From the NCBI GenBank assembly GCA_002189035.1, contig NEEC01000021.1:806001-870000 (forward strand): a stretch of DNA of 64,000 bases. The letters are read 5' to 3'. A model generated the notes under the pieces. It had not been told where the DNA came from, searched no databases, and was given only the letters and a program-made list of their open reading frames with translations. The DNA comes from Utricularia gibba. Taxonomy: Eukaryota; Plantae; Magnoliophyta. Numbering within the stretch: position 1 is the stretch's first letter; each line of letters begins with the position of its first letter. Positions 29,892 through 41,068 of this stretch are shown piece by piece. The translations under genes were made by a program, and so were the position numbers.

Positions 29892-30527
29892 TGATCTCAG
29901 AATGAGATAACAAGTTAAGCAACAAAAAAATAAGATAAAAACTGAGCTTGATGCTATTGTGACTTCCCCAGAAGATAATGTGTTCTTCGAAGAAAGAGAT
30001 GCCAAGAACGCGAAGGGTTTTGCGGGTTTCTGTGAACCCAATTTTCCTCCCTCTACATTCAAACTAGTTTTCAGTGTTTATATACATCAATTAATTCGTG
30101 CCCCATTTATTGGGCTAAATACTGTAAGTAAAAGGACCTGTGTAAAATAAATCTTCTCTTCGATCAATCAGCCTTTCTCCTGCATTAGATGCTGGTATCC
30201 AAACTCGATTTGATGGTTCAGGTTAGTATCCCACAGCTGTCACCATGTAAAGAGACATGTAGCTCACAAACTAGGAGCCTTGACATTTTCAAATTGGAGA
30301 AATTTGAATGAAGAAGAACTTAATTTTATTGTGTGTACACTTGTGTATTTATACTACTTGAGTGTGGATAGCCGTTGCACCCAAAGTGACTGTTGTTGAG
30401 CAGGTTACTGTTGCTGGTGACTTGGGCTTCTTCAAGGCTCGGGCTTCATGAGGCCTGACTTCAAGTGGTCTTGTTCGGCCCAAGATTGCCTGTCTTTGTT
30501 TGGCCCAGGATTGCCTCATCACTCATT

Positions 30528-31044
30528 AACATGGAACAAGAAATTCTTCAGTAACTTCTGAATGGATGGCTTGAAACGAATTATGCAATTAATCAATGCA
30601 ATATTCATTGAATTGCTAGCTAATATAGTGATAGGTCTTCCTTCTATTCCGCATGGTTAACGTACATTTTCAAGTAAAAGTATCAAGCACAAAACTAGCA
30701 TACCATCAAGGAGAGGAAGGCTCTCCCAAGGAACTTCAGCATCAGGCTTCGCTGCCCACACAATGGTCTTCACGAAGCCTCCATCTCCAGACAAATCAAT
30801 TGGATCACTCATGTTTTCCTCCAAGGATTCAACTGGTGAAAGCAGAAACTCAAACTTGTGAGGTAACTCATGATAAGCATTTCTATAGAATTTTACGAAG
30901 AACAACAATATTCAACGGAATTTTGCAACAAAAGTAGCAAAAATCTGTAAACTTTTCTCTCATCTGCGTTGAGATCAAACCATACACAACAATTTTGGCA
31001 TTTCTTTCTCAAGAAAAAACTTTGTCCGTAGAAAAGTAATAAGA
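30528..31044 (-). pseudogene. 5' fragment of FKBP20-1 (upstream region, exon 1 at 30812-30704, most of intron 1)
   Basis: Closely matches 34632-35133. Exon 1 reads [36 protein letters not shown]; no downstream exons. Confidence 0.88.
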
Positions 31045-31323
31045 TGTGAGGGCGCTTTTCGAATTAAGGCTTCTGGATCAGAGTGGGAGGGGGAGGCATA
31101 AGGTTCATGTTGAAACTTAGGATCCAATGAATCAGCGAGTATGCATGTGAAGCCTAAATACATAAGAAACGTGGATCACATTAGAAAAAATTAGGTCCAA
31201 CCGATTACTTTTGATCTGTAGTTTCTTATATACTAGATTATTCCACTTTCATTTTTCGATGTAGGATTGTGTATTCTAACAGTTCATAGCCATGTGGCCG
31301 GACATTAGAAAGCGGACCTTATA
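31042..31323 (+). pseudogene. Fragment of BPM exon 1, interrupted by a solo LTR
   Basis: 31042-31107 matches 19135-19200 and 31287-31323 matches about 19201-19238. The sequence then jumps to DNA homologous to the BPM 3' flank (about 21120). Confidence 0.88.
31108..31281. mobile_element. 174-bp solo LTR (Copia or TRIM type)
   Basis: TGTTG...TAACA termini and a perfect 5-bp TSD GTTCA (31103-31107, 31282-31286). The empty site is visible in intact BPM at about 19195-19205. Confidence 0.85.
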
Positions 31324-32240
31324 GGACAACCCACATACCCTCAGACAAATCCCAAGTAAAACATCAATCATAGGGTTATGCGCACTTATTATGGAAATAC
31401 TCCAGTTGTTGTGTATTAAAATTTTGAATTTCTAACAAACTACAAATGATTTTATCTCTTTTTAAAATGTCATTCAATTAAAAAGTTTTAATTAAATTAT
31501 TATAATTTATAAAATACCTTATTACAAATGTATATGAATTTTTCATGATTCAAGAAAGTCGCATTACCGTAATAATGTATTATATATTCATGTAACATTG
31601 TGTGATATATGTACACGGAGATTTTATTTTCATTGCAAACCATCATAGGTGATTCGAAACTTAAAAATAATAGAGAAATTATATTAATATAAATAATATA
31701 TATCAAAATTAAATAAAATATAACTTATATGAAATTTACTTGATTAAGTTTTACTTAATCAGAATTTAAGATAATTGTATATAATTTTGTAATAAGATAT
31801 TAGTTCGAAACATGGAGATTAAATAATCAAAAATAAAATCTAATATAGAATAAATATATTATTTTTCAATTTTCTCAAAAAATGGGAGTAATAATTAATT
31901 AACAATTAAGTGAATTATCATATTTATTATAAATATGTGTAATAAGATTACATGAATATCTGTAAATAATTAACAATTAAGTGAATTATCATATTTATTA
32001 TAAATATGTGTAATCAGATTGCATGAATATATGTAAAGACTTAACAATTAAGTGAATTATCATATTTATTATATATATGTGTAATAGTATAATACAAAAT
32101 AAGATTACATGAATATCTGTAAAGTGAATTATAATATTTATTAAAGATATTATATGAATGTAATGACGGTGGGAATCTTGGGAATAATATTATCATTTTA
32201 ATATATACATAATAAGTTAATACAAAATATGAGTAAATGC

Positions 32241-33348
32241 ATATTTTTATAATATGATTTTTTTTACAGTGGGACTTCTAAATTGTATAAAAGGGCTCGT
32301 GTACTATACAATATACGGTATTCTAATTATACGTGCATTATACAATGGAGACTCTTGCCGGAGTTGTTGATGCGGGTGGATCCACCTCCGGTCGCAGTAT
32401 GCTGCCCATTTTTCTCCGTCCCCGGGAAACACCATCGACCACCTGTCTCCAGTGGGTGGCACCCATTATGGGAACGGCGCCAAGGGGGAGGAAGCCCCAT
32501 GCACGAGGAAGAAATAGAGCTACTAAAGTCATAACTATAAGAAGCTCGGAGGCTTCAAATAGAAATTCAATGGATGCTCCGATCCATTGACGAAGGGTCT
32601 CCTGGTGTTTAAGTATCACCAGGTGAAAGAAAGAGAGCGCGATGAACCAGCGCATGGTGGGGAGTTGGAGGGGATCCTTCCCTTGGATCTCGTAGCTCAA
32701 TGATAATATGGGAAGCAAAATCGTATGGATCCAAGCATCTTCCATCTTCTCGACAAGGAAAAGAGAAAACTGGAGTTGTTTGTTGGTTGCGATCAAGTGC
32801 CATGAGGTAATTTATAAGAGTAGCGTAGCCTTTCGTGCAATCTCTCAATCTTCTATGGTGAATACTTGGAGTTGGAGCGCAATCTCGTTCTAGGGATTCT
32901 GTGTGTGTCGGGTAGAATGCTAGTGATCTCCCGAATCCAAAAGCATGGATATTCTCTTGGTTCCCATAGCACGCCGCTTTGTCCGTGCGGTGATCCTTAA
33001 ACATGGATCGGAGCATCCATTGAATTTCTATTTGAAGCCTCCGAGCTTCTTATAGTTATGACCTGAGTAACTCTATTTCTTCCTCGTGCATGGGGCTTCC
33101 TCCCCCTTGGCGCCGTTCCCATAATGGGTGCCACCCACTGGAGACAGGTGGTCGATGGTGTATCCCGGGGATGGAGAAAAATGGGCAGCATACTGCGACC
33201 GGAGGTGGATCCACCCGCATCACAAACGCCGGCAAGGGTCTCCATTGTATAATACACGTATAATTAGAATACCGTATAATGTACAGTACAGGAGTCCTTT
33301 TATACAATTTAGAAGCCCCACTGTAAAAAAATCATATTATAAAAATAT
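32241..33348. repeat. Fold-back locus HP4: near-perfect arms about 32241-32587 and 33003-33348, spacer about 415 nt
   Basis: Manual comparison of 32301-32587 with the reverse complement of the right arm gave 12 mismatches in 287 nt (about 96%), including an uninterrupted stretch of about 90 bp. Both arms carry the TATA box facing inward. Confidence 0.95.
32338..32745 (-). CDS. Uncharacterised small multi-pass membrane protein (135 aa); the only intact copy of the gene from which the HP arms derive
   Basis: Open frame MEDAWIHTILLPILSLSYEIQGKDPLQLPTMRWFIALSFFHLVILK...ELLIVMTLVALFLPRAWGFLPLGAVPIMGATHW with 3-4 hydrophobic segments. The same frame is traceable in the other arms. Expression is unknown. 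Confidence 0.5.
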   Translation of the reverse strand: MEDAWIHTILLPILSLSYEIQGKDPLQLPTMRWFIALSFFHLVILKHQETLRQWIGASIEFLFEASELLIVMTLVALFLPRAWGFLPLGAVPIMGATHWRQVVDGVSRGRRKMGSILRPEVDPPASTTPARVSIV

Positions 33349-33928
33349 TTGTAAATAATTGCTGAATATTATTTTTTATATGAATATGATGCATCCAGAA
33401 TGTAATTATCATATATATATATATATATATTAAATGCATATTTGTCGATAATTGGTGAATATTATTTTCTTTTGCATGAATATGATGGTGGTGCCTTTAC
33501 ATCTCTGGTACGGTTCACCTGGGATCCCGGTTCAAAATGTTGGGGATCGAGCTCAACTTTCGAGCAGTTCTCTCTCCTCACAAAACTGTCTTTGCATGTC
33601 TGAATCTAGGATCCAAGGCGAACCTTCTGGAGGTTTCGAGACCCCTCCATCATCACCAACAAAGCAACTCTGTGATGTGTAATACTAGTTTTCTGCATGG
33701 AACCTCGTATAGTATTCCAAGGGTCCCTGATGTGTAGTATTCGTTTTCTGATGTGCAAAGCTGAACGTCTTGCTGTGTGTGTGTATTTTGCTACCCAATA
33801 GTGTGCCTCTTTCAAACAAAGGGAGAAAGAGATTGATTTATGGTTTTAATTTTCAAACAAGAACTGTACTACAAAATACATGCAAGGTCTGGTTTAACAG
33901 GCACCTTATTTGATGGTGGTATTATGCA

Positions 33929-34917
33929 TCATTTTGCTTTACCTTTTCCCTTTCCTTGGCCTTTCTTGGCATCAAGTTTGGCTTGCATCCTTGCTGCAGC
34001 AGCTGCTTTGGCTTCTTCTCTTTTTTTCTTTTCTTCCTCCTTCAATGCCGCAGCAGCTTCTCTCTGCTTCTTCAGCTCCCTGAAAATGTTTGAAAGATAG
34101 CAATGCAGCTACATAAAAAGAAGGGCATTGTCTTGCAAATTCTGTAAGGGAATCATGCCATAAACTTACTCCAACCGAGCCTTCTCAATGTTAACACTGT
34201 TCACTGTAGATCCTTTCCGTGGCCGGCAGGCAATCAGCTCTATCTCGAAAACAAGGGTTGAACTGCATCAACAATTACTCAATCACATTCTGCTCTTTTG
34301 TCAACCTTCAGAAGTGGACCAGAGCAGTTTGAAATTTACTTGGGTGGAATCTCCGGTGGAGAACCTGCACTGCCATAGCCATATTCCGGCTTACACGTAA
34401 TCGTTGCGACCTCACCAACCTGAGAACATGTGCATATAAGGAAGATGCATAAACAAAAAAGGATGAGGGTAAGCAATAACCTAACCTTCATTGTCCTCAG
34501 GGCAATGTCCCAGGCTTGTATGACTGATCCCTTGCCCAGTTCAAAGGTGAAGATACTGTTATCCTCTTTGGTAGAATCAAAGACCTCTCCAGTCTCAGCA
34601 AGAATGCCTTCATAATGAACTATGGATACCAAACAATGGAACAAGAAATCATTCAGTAACTTCTGAATGGATGGCTTGAAACGAATTATGCAATTAATCA
34701 ATGAAATATTCATTGAATTGATAGCTAATATAGTGATAGGTCTTCCTCCTATTCCTCATGGTTAACGTAAATTTTCAAGTAAAAGTATCAAGCAAAAAAC
34801 TAGCATACCATCAAGAAGTGGAAGGCTATCTGTTGGAACTTCGGCATCAGGCTTCGCTGCCCGGACAATGGTCTTCAAGACACCTCCATCTCCAGACAAA
34901 TCAATTGGATCACTCAT
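33929..34917 (-). CDS. FKBP20-1: Peptidyl-prolyl cis-trans isomerase FKBP20-1 (exons 34917-34809, 34619-34486, 34419-34340, 34262-34170, 34079-33929)
   Basis: [18 protein letters not shown]...[17 protein letters not shown]...[46 protein letters not shown], ending in the basic tail [16 protein letters not shown]. Confidence 0.93.
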
Positions 34918-37489
34918 GTTTTCCTCCAAGGATTCAACTGGTGAACGCAGAAACTCAAACTTGTAGGCATTTCTATAGAATTTTACGAAGAACAACAATA
35001 TTCAACGGAATTTTGCAACAAAAGTAGCAAAAATCTGTAAACTTTTCTCTCAACGGCTTTGAGATCAAACTATACACAACAATTTTGGCATTTCTTTCTC
35101 AAGAAAAACTTTGGCCGCATAAAAGTAATAAGAACTGGCTTCACCTTTGAAGTAACACTTGCTTGCAAAAAGAATGGAACCTATGGATTAGAAGATCAAA
35201 GCTGATCAGATAGTGCAGAGCAAGTGCTGCATTAGTGCCACTCCAGCTTAGGGTTCAATCATACGCGAGAATCTTTCATCAACAATAGATGCAAATGAAC
35301 CAGCAGATAGAGTATCACCACAAACCCACAAACAGCATCCAATTCAAAGCTTGAGGACAATCATCAATGGCAATAATGGACCGAAAACAGCCGAAATCAA
35401 CGATCAACATTTTTCCAAGCTTACTTACCATGCAGCAGTGGAAACCCTAGACGGAACGGGGACGGTGAACAAGGAAACTTCAGTGAGAAGTATCTGGAAC
35501 AATCATTGGGCTTTGGCCATAAAGAGTGTACTCCTGTCGTCCGGAGCTCCTCGCGTACTCGCCACGCACAGATTCCCCCAGATTTTTGCACCGGCCGGGC
35601 TTGGGTGATGGGCCTCTAATCCACGGGTCAAGCCCCAAAGGCCCAGGCCCATTAACCTCCTTTGACGTTTTGTTAATTTAATAAGGTTTTAATTGTAATA
35701 AATATTTTTTCACATTCAACTTTAATTTTTCATTGCCCAGTTATCTCTAATTTTTCTATTTTAAAATTCTTAGTAAATTGAAATATCAAATTTATTCGAT
35801 AAAGATTTTAATAGAGTTGCAGATAATAAGCATGAAAACAATGGCCTATATTTATCAGTTTGATCATTTTTATGTTAATGAACTGTTTCTATGTTGTTTT
35901 CATTGTAATTATCCTATTGTTAACTTGGTATTATTAGAACAAATAATATCATATCAAAAAATTAAAACAAAATGTTCAAGTATATAAAAAATTATAAATT
36001 ATTAATAATTAATTATATTTCATTTTTTTAATGTGATTTATGTTTATTGTATATTTATATTTTACGTATGTTCGCTCAACTCATCCTATACTCAATTTCA
36101 ATATAGTATTAAGATATTTATCTCATGACAAGACTGAATGACTAAGATATATTCATATTCATTTGAGTTTTAGTTAAAAAAAAACACAGAAAAATGTGTT
36201 AGGCTTATGCGACAAAATTAGATCAATTTATGATTTTAGTATTACTCATAATTATAAAAAAAAGTTTTAATCATATCAAACATCATTTCAACTTAAGTCT
36301 TCTGTTTATTATGTAATTAGCTTTTATATAGTTCATCTAATCTATTAAATCCTTAATTTCAACAAATGTATGTTTACGACATATAGTATCTGTGAACTTT
36401 TATGTAAGGTACCTCGCTTTTCTTCTTTTCCCGAATGAAGAAATATCTATGTCATTTAATCTTTTATTTTGCTCGCCTGCAACCCCACCAAGCTGATTAA
36501 CTTCAGCCAACCATCTTCGTTCTTCATTACAATTACCAGAGTGTTCCGAATGGGCAGGCTCTGCTGTGGGAAAAGAAGAGGAAGAGGGGTTGGGTTGTCT
36601 GAGATCCGGGTTTGGACCCGTCAAAGGAGGGAGCCATGAATGAGTTCCAGGCGGTGCTCAGAGCAGGACTCCAAATGTTTAGTGTGTAAAGAATGATGTT
36701 ACAGAAGCTCACGAGAGAAGCAAGGCCGGAAATGGGAAAGAAGACAAGGGAGGAGAACCCAGTCTGCTCCCAAATTCTCATCCTGTCTCTCAAACGTCAA
36801 ACCCTGTCCGAACCCTTTCCGCAGTACGCAACAAATCTCCGTCATTTCCGCCACTTTGAAACGCCTGGAAATCCACACAAACCCCACTTCTTGCAGTCGT
36901 CTTCCTACCTGCCATATCTTGAATACAAAACTAACCTCTACGCCCATCAGAACAAAAGCATTTCTCAAGTAATCTACAGCATTCATCAAATCCAGTTCTT
37001 ACAGTCGCCTTTCTACCCCTTATCTCTTCAATTTCTTCAATACAAAACTAACCTCTACACCCATCAAATGGCTGAGGCTTGATGCTATTAGAACAAACGA
37101 CACTACATTCGTATTTGAATATGAAATAATCACATACATAAGAGATTATGAATTATCAATAATTGAAAATAGTCACTTATACAATAAATTATGAAACATG
37201 ATTAATTATTTGGACTTAATTTTTGTAGTATGATTCAAGTTTCTTGTATAATTGAGTTTCACGTGTACTTATTTGATCTATAGAATTCTAAAGTTTAAAA
37301 GACCCAACAAAAAGAAACTTCAAAATAGTGTGTTATGCGTTGGAACTGGCTGTAGGGTATTGCTCATGATCCCCAGAAATCCCGAGACAATCGGGCTTTC
37401 AAGGGCAAATGCGATGTACACAGAAAGAGCGAAGACTAGTCATGCAATTGTTTTACAATAGAAACCTCCATTGTCGTTTAGGAAATGGT

Positions 37490-37738
37490 TGGGTGATGGG
37501 AATAAGATAAAATTGGTTTAATTTACTTGAATTTAAATAAATATGATATATATCAATTAATTAGATATTATTTAGTTAATAAAATTATAATCGATATTAA
37601 TTAAAGTAAAAAAGTAGGTGATTTTAAATAAATTCATATATATAAGATTAAAAAAATCTTATATAATCTCAAACTAATTTAAACCCATAAAGTAAATATT
37701 CTATAATTTATAATCTTATATTAACCAAACACGACCTT
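37490..37738. mobile_element. Degenerate copy of the Tourist-like MITE family seen at 28580-28846
   Basis: Interior similarity (ggaataagataaaattggtttaatttacttgaatttaaataaa...) and a right TIR aaccaaacacgacc followed by TTA; the left TIR is decayed. Confidence 0.55.
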
Positions 37739-38265
37739 ATTTTATATAAGTTTTTTGCAATATGTTAACATTGATATAGCTCCAATTTGCCATGATTTTT
37801 TATCGAAAAAAAGTTTATCTTTCGAACATCAACCTTCATAAGTCGACCAATCGTTCATTACTCAATACGATCAGCTTGTAATGAACTTCGAAACTGTATT
37901 TATCAAATGGATTATCTTTTTTTTTTCTTTTACAAATCCCGGACAAATCCTATTAGCAGTCTCTCGGAACCGAGCGTATCATAATCGCGATTCGTGCCGT
38001 ATCGCCGTGTCGGAGCACTACAGAGATTGTTTTGTTTAAGGAAACTGCAGGCACTCAGCCTGTAATAAATCTCGCGTAGCATTTTTGTTCCCGGGATCAC
38101 GACGCTTAACCGTCCTAATAAATGACACTAACGGGATCCCGCTCGCAGTCACAACTCACACTGCCTCTATAAATCAGCCTTCCCCTTCTTCATCCCTCAC
38201 ACCTCTTCTTCTTCTTCAAGATTTCTCTCTTTTTCTCCTGCGCCAGCGTTGCTGTGAAGGGAAGC

Positions 38266-38371
38266 AGCCAGTTTTTGCAGGTGGAGCATCTTCAAGATTC
38301 ATGTGGGATGATGCCTCTGGGAGCACATCTGTACGAGAATCTTGATGATGCTGCAGCAGCAATGAGTGGCT
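38266..38371 (+). ncRNA. MIR172: MIR172 precursor; mature AGAAUCUUGAUGAUGCUGCAG at 38336-38356, star arm about 38281-38303
   Basis: Exact miR172c/d-type mature sequence, a complementary GUGGAGCAUCUUCAAGAUUCA arm, a lower stem AGCCA.../...UGGCU, and a TATAAAT box at 38168-38174. Confidence 0.95.
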
Positions 38372-39631
38372 AATGCGAAGCTGAGAGCCACCCACCGGAT
38401 CTGATCTCAGAACCAACACGAAACGATGAACCCCAAGAGAACTTCCCTGCATTTTCAGACCCTCCATTTTTCCTTAGAACCTTGCTCTCTTTTCTTGCAG
38501 TACAGTTGAAATTAGGGTTTTGCTTCTGCTGCAGATCCCTCGGCGGGCGTCAGTTTCTCTTCTCTGCACCCAGAGGCTGCTCAGGTGTACTCAGACTCGG
38601 CACCCATTGCATCTCAATGAGCCATCCTCATGGTCTTCCACAACCGCAAGCCCCCTGCCTGAACCCTAGGGCTCTGCGGATGGTGCGACTGCTCTTGATG
38701 TCCGATCCGCATGCCGAGCCATGAGCACATCCATCAATAATGTTAAATTAATAATAATAGTCTAAATTTATAAACTTAATGACAAATTTTAGTTATATAT
38801 TTAATTTTTTTTTTTTCAGAATAGTACTAAAGTATGATTAGTAAGTGAAAAATATTAATAATTCTATCCAAATCCCATGCTTATTAGGTGAGAAGGATTA
38901 ACACTGAAATTTGAATCTTTCCATTTATACATATATATTAAAAAATATTTCTCATTCTACTTACAATTCATGAATTAAGCACATCTTATCTCATTTACAT
39001 ATCTCTATACCATTCATCGTTTTTATTAAAATATTTTCTGCTGTATTTAAATGCCAGAATCAATCAAATTATATGGTATCATTCTTTCTTATGACATATC
39101 AAACCCTAAACCCTAAGGGTCCGTTTCGTTAGATGGAAGATAATATGTAGGTTTACTTTTATTTGAGATTAAAAAAAAAACTTCATCATTTAGGATTATT
39201 TTTATTCTTTGTTGCATAATTTCAATAAATTATTTTTTACTTACACATAATTTAACCAATCAACTAAACATATAAATAATATTTAATTTCTCTCATAACA
39301 AATTTTTACAAATAAGTTGGTCATTTTTTATAAGAGTGAACAATAATACACCCAATTGTGTTGGTGTGACTTCTCTTGAATGATGTGACCAACATGACAT
39401 GACCTCCCTCCTCTTCTCATCTTTTCAAAAAATCTTTTCTTGTACCAGAATTGAGGTTGGATCGACCGTACATTGTTTCGCGCCATCAAAAAATAACCAA
39501 AATTTAATAAAAAGATAAAAATAATTTTAAATTTTTTCCATCTGCAAAGGCATCTGTAAGTTGATCTGCTAACCATCAAAGAAGCTCTGATGTATACTAT
39601 TTTTTTTGGCACATTTGTCTCCTTTTCAAAG

Positions 39632-41068
39632 CTATAGTCTCCCCTGGCAAATCAAATAAACCTCTTTTGAACATGATCTGGTTGCTTTTGGCCTCAACCA
39701 TGAGGCTTTCTTAAAGAGGGGCTTGCACATTTGATGAAATTCTGCAACAGAAGAACAGTAACAACATGAGAGTCTTGTAAGAAAACGGATACGGGAATGG
39801 CTAAGGAGAGCAACCTTTCGTATCTTCGCTTTCAAGAAACTTGATGATGAGGTTGCCCCCTCGTTGCAGCAACCCGCCTGTACCCAATGAAGAGTTGCAG
39901 GAATCAGTTGAGTGTGCTTCCTCTGATACACTGTTGTGTTGTCTGTCTGCGGAAGCTCTTCCCATGGCTAAATTTATGGCTTGCATGCCCAGATCAGCGG
40001 ACAATGCTGCATCCCTGATTGTGATTCCGGAAACAGGAGGGCACATATCTGAGAGCACAACTGAGAACCCTTTTTGCTGGAGAATGAAACAGGGGTGCAT
40101 GAGAGCAAGAGTTTAGATAGATTGGTTCAGATGAAAAGAAGAAAGACCTCAGGAGAAAGCATCCTGGCTTGATCAATGGGGAGATTCATGACATCGGCAC
40201 AAATGGTTTTAACCCTTGAGTCACAGTGCATGGGAGGCACCTTCACCTTCTGCTCTGCAGCATATGATATTGAGAATTCAAAAACCATGTGACTCCATGG
40301 GATTCAGTATTAGAGATCCTGAAGATGGAATGTGATTATCACCTTGACATCAATTCCAACCACCACTCCGCCCTTGATTAATGGACCCAAGTGCTGGCAA
40401 GCTACCTGCGGCAGGTACCACATGAACTTGAAAGAGGTATTCAATCAAAGCTAAAGGAATCGAGAAAAAAACAACGCCCAGATATAGAAAGAAACCATTG
40501 GTGATGTCCAAATAAGTGACAAAAACTCTGCTTGTTCAAGAGTTCAACAACCAGATTCAGAAAGAAACCATGTCCAAATAAGTGAACAATTCTGCTTGTT
40601 CAAAAATTTAAGCAGTCAGGTATTTCAGAACAAGAAGATTTCCTTTACATGTGATTGTTGTTCAAATAACCATCAATACATGTTCCCATGGCGGATAAGG
40701 GACAATTTTTCTAATAATGGGAGATTCCAGTACATGAATAAGCGGATTTTTCATATAAGGCTCTAGTGTTTTCCTGCAATACGACTAGAAGGAGCTGAGT
40801 TGCAAGAACCACATTAACAACATACTTGAAGCCAGGCACCGGGGGCGCAGCCAAGGTCAAGAACAGAAGATCCCGGTGCAATGATTCTATACTGTTTCTG
40901 GATTTGAAGCAGCTGCATTTCAAAATCCCCAGCCGAAATTTCAGAGACAACGGGGAATTAAATCGTCTCCAAGCAAAACACGATAAAAAAACATACCTTG
41001 AACGCCGAGCGAGCTACGTAACCGAGGCGCTGTGCTTCTCTGTAGAAGAAATCTGGCGTTCCACTCAT
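39632..41068 (-). CDS. FtsJ/RrmJ-like ribosomal RNA methyltransferase (6 exons)
   Basis: [54 protein letters not shown] and [25 protein letters not shown]. Confidence 0.9.

Noticed and set aside
21795-33348. HP1-HP4 as MULE/foldback transposons with long TIRs
   Set aside because: The arms are gene-derived, their outer ends differ between copies, I found no 8-10 bp TSDs, and the copies are tandem with shared flanks. Not fully excluded without a genome-wide search.
21798-33358. Short ORFs on the TATA-proximal strand of the hairpins (MYKR..., MYYT..., MNYV...)
   Set aside because: Lengths and frames differ between copies; they are the antisense of the membrane-protein frame.
39113-39275. Third Tourist-like MITE copy beginning taagggtccgtttcgttagatgg
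   Set aside because: Only a partial left end resembles the family; right TIR and TSD are not supportable.
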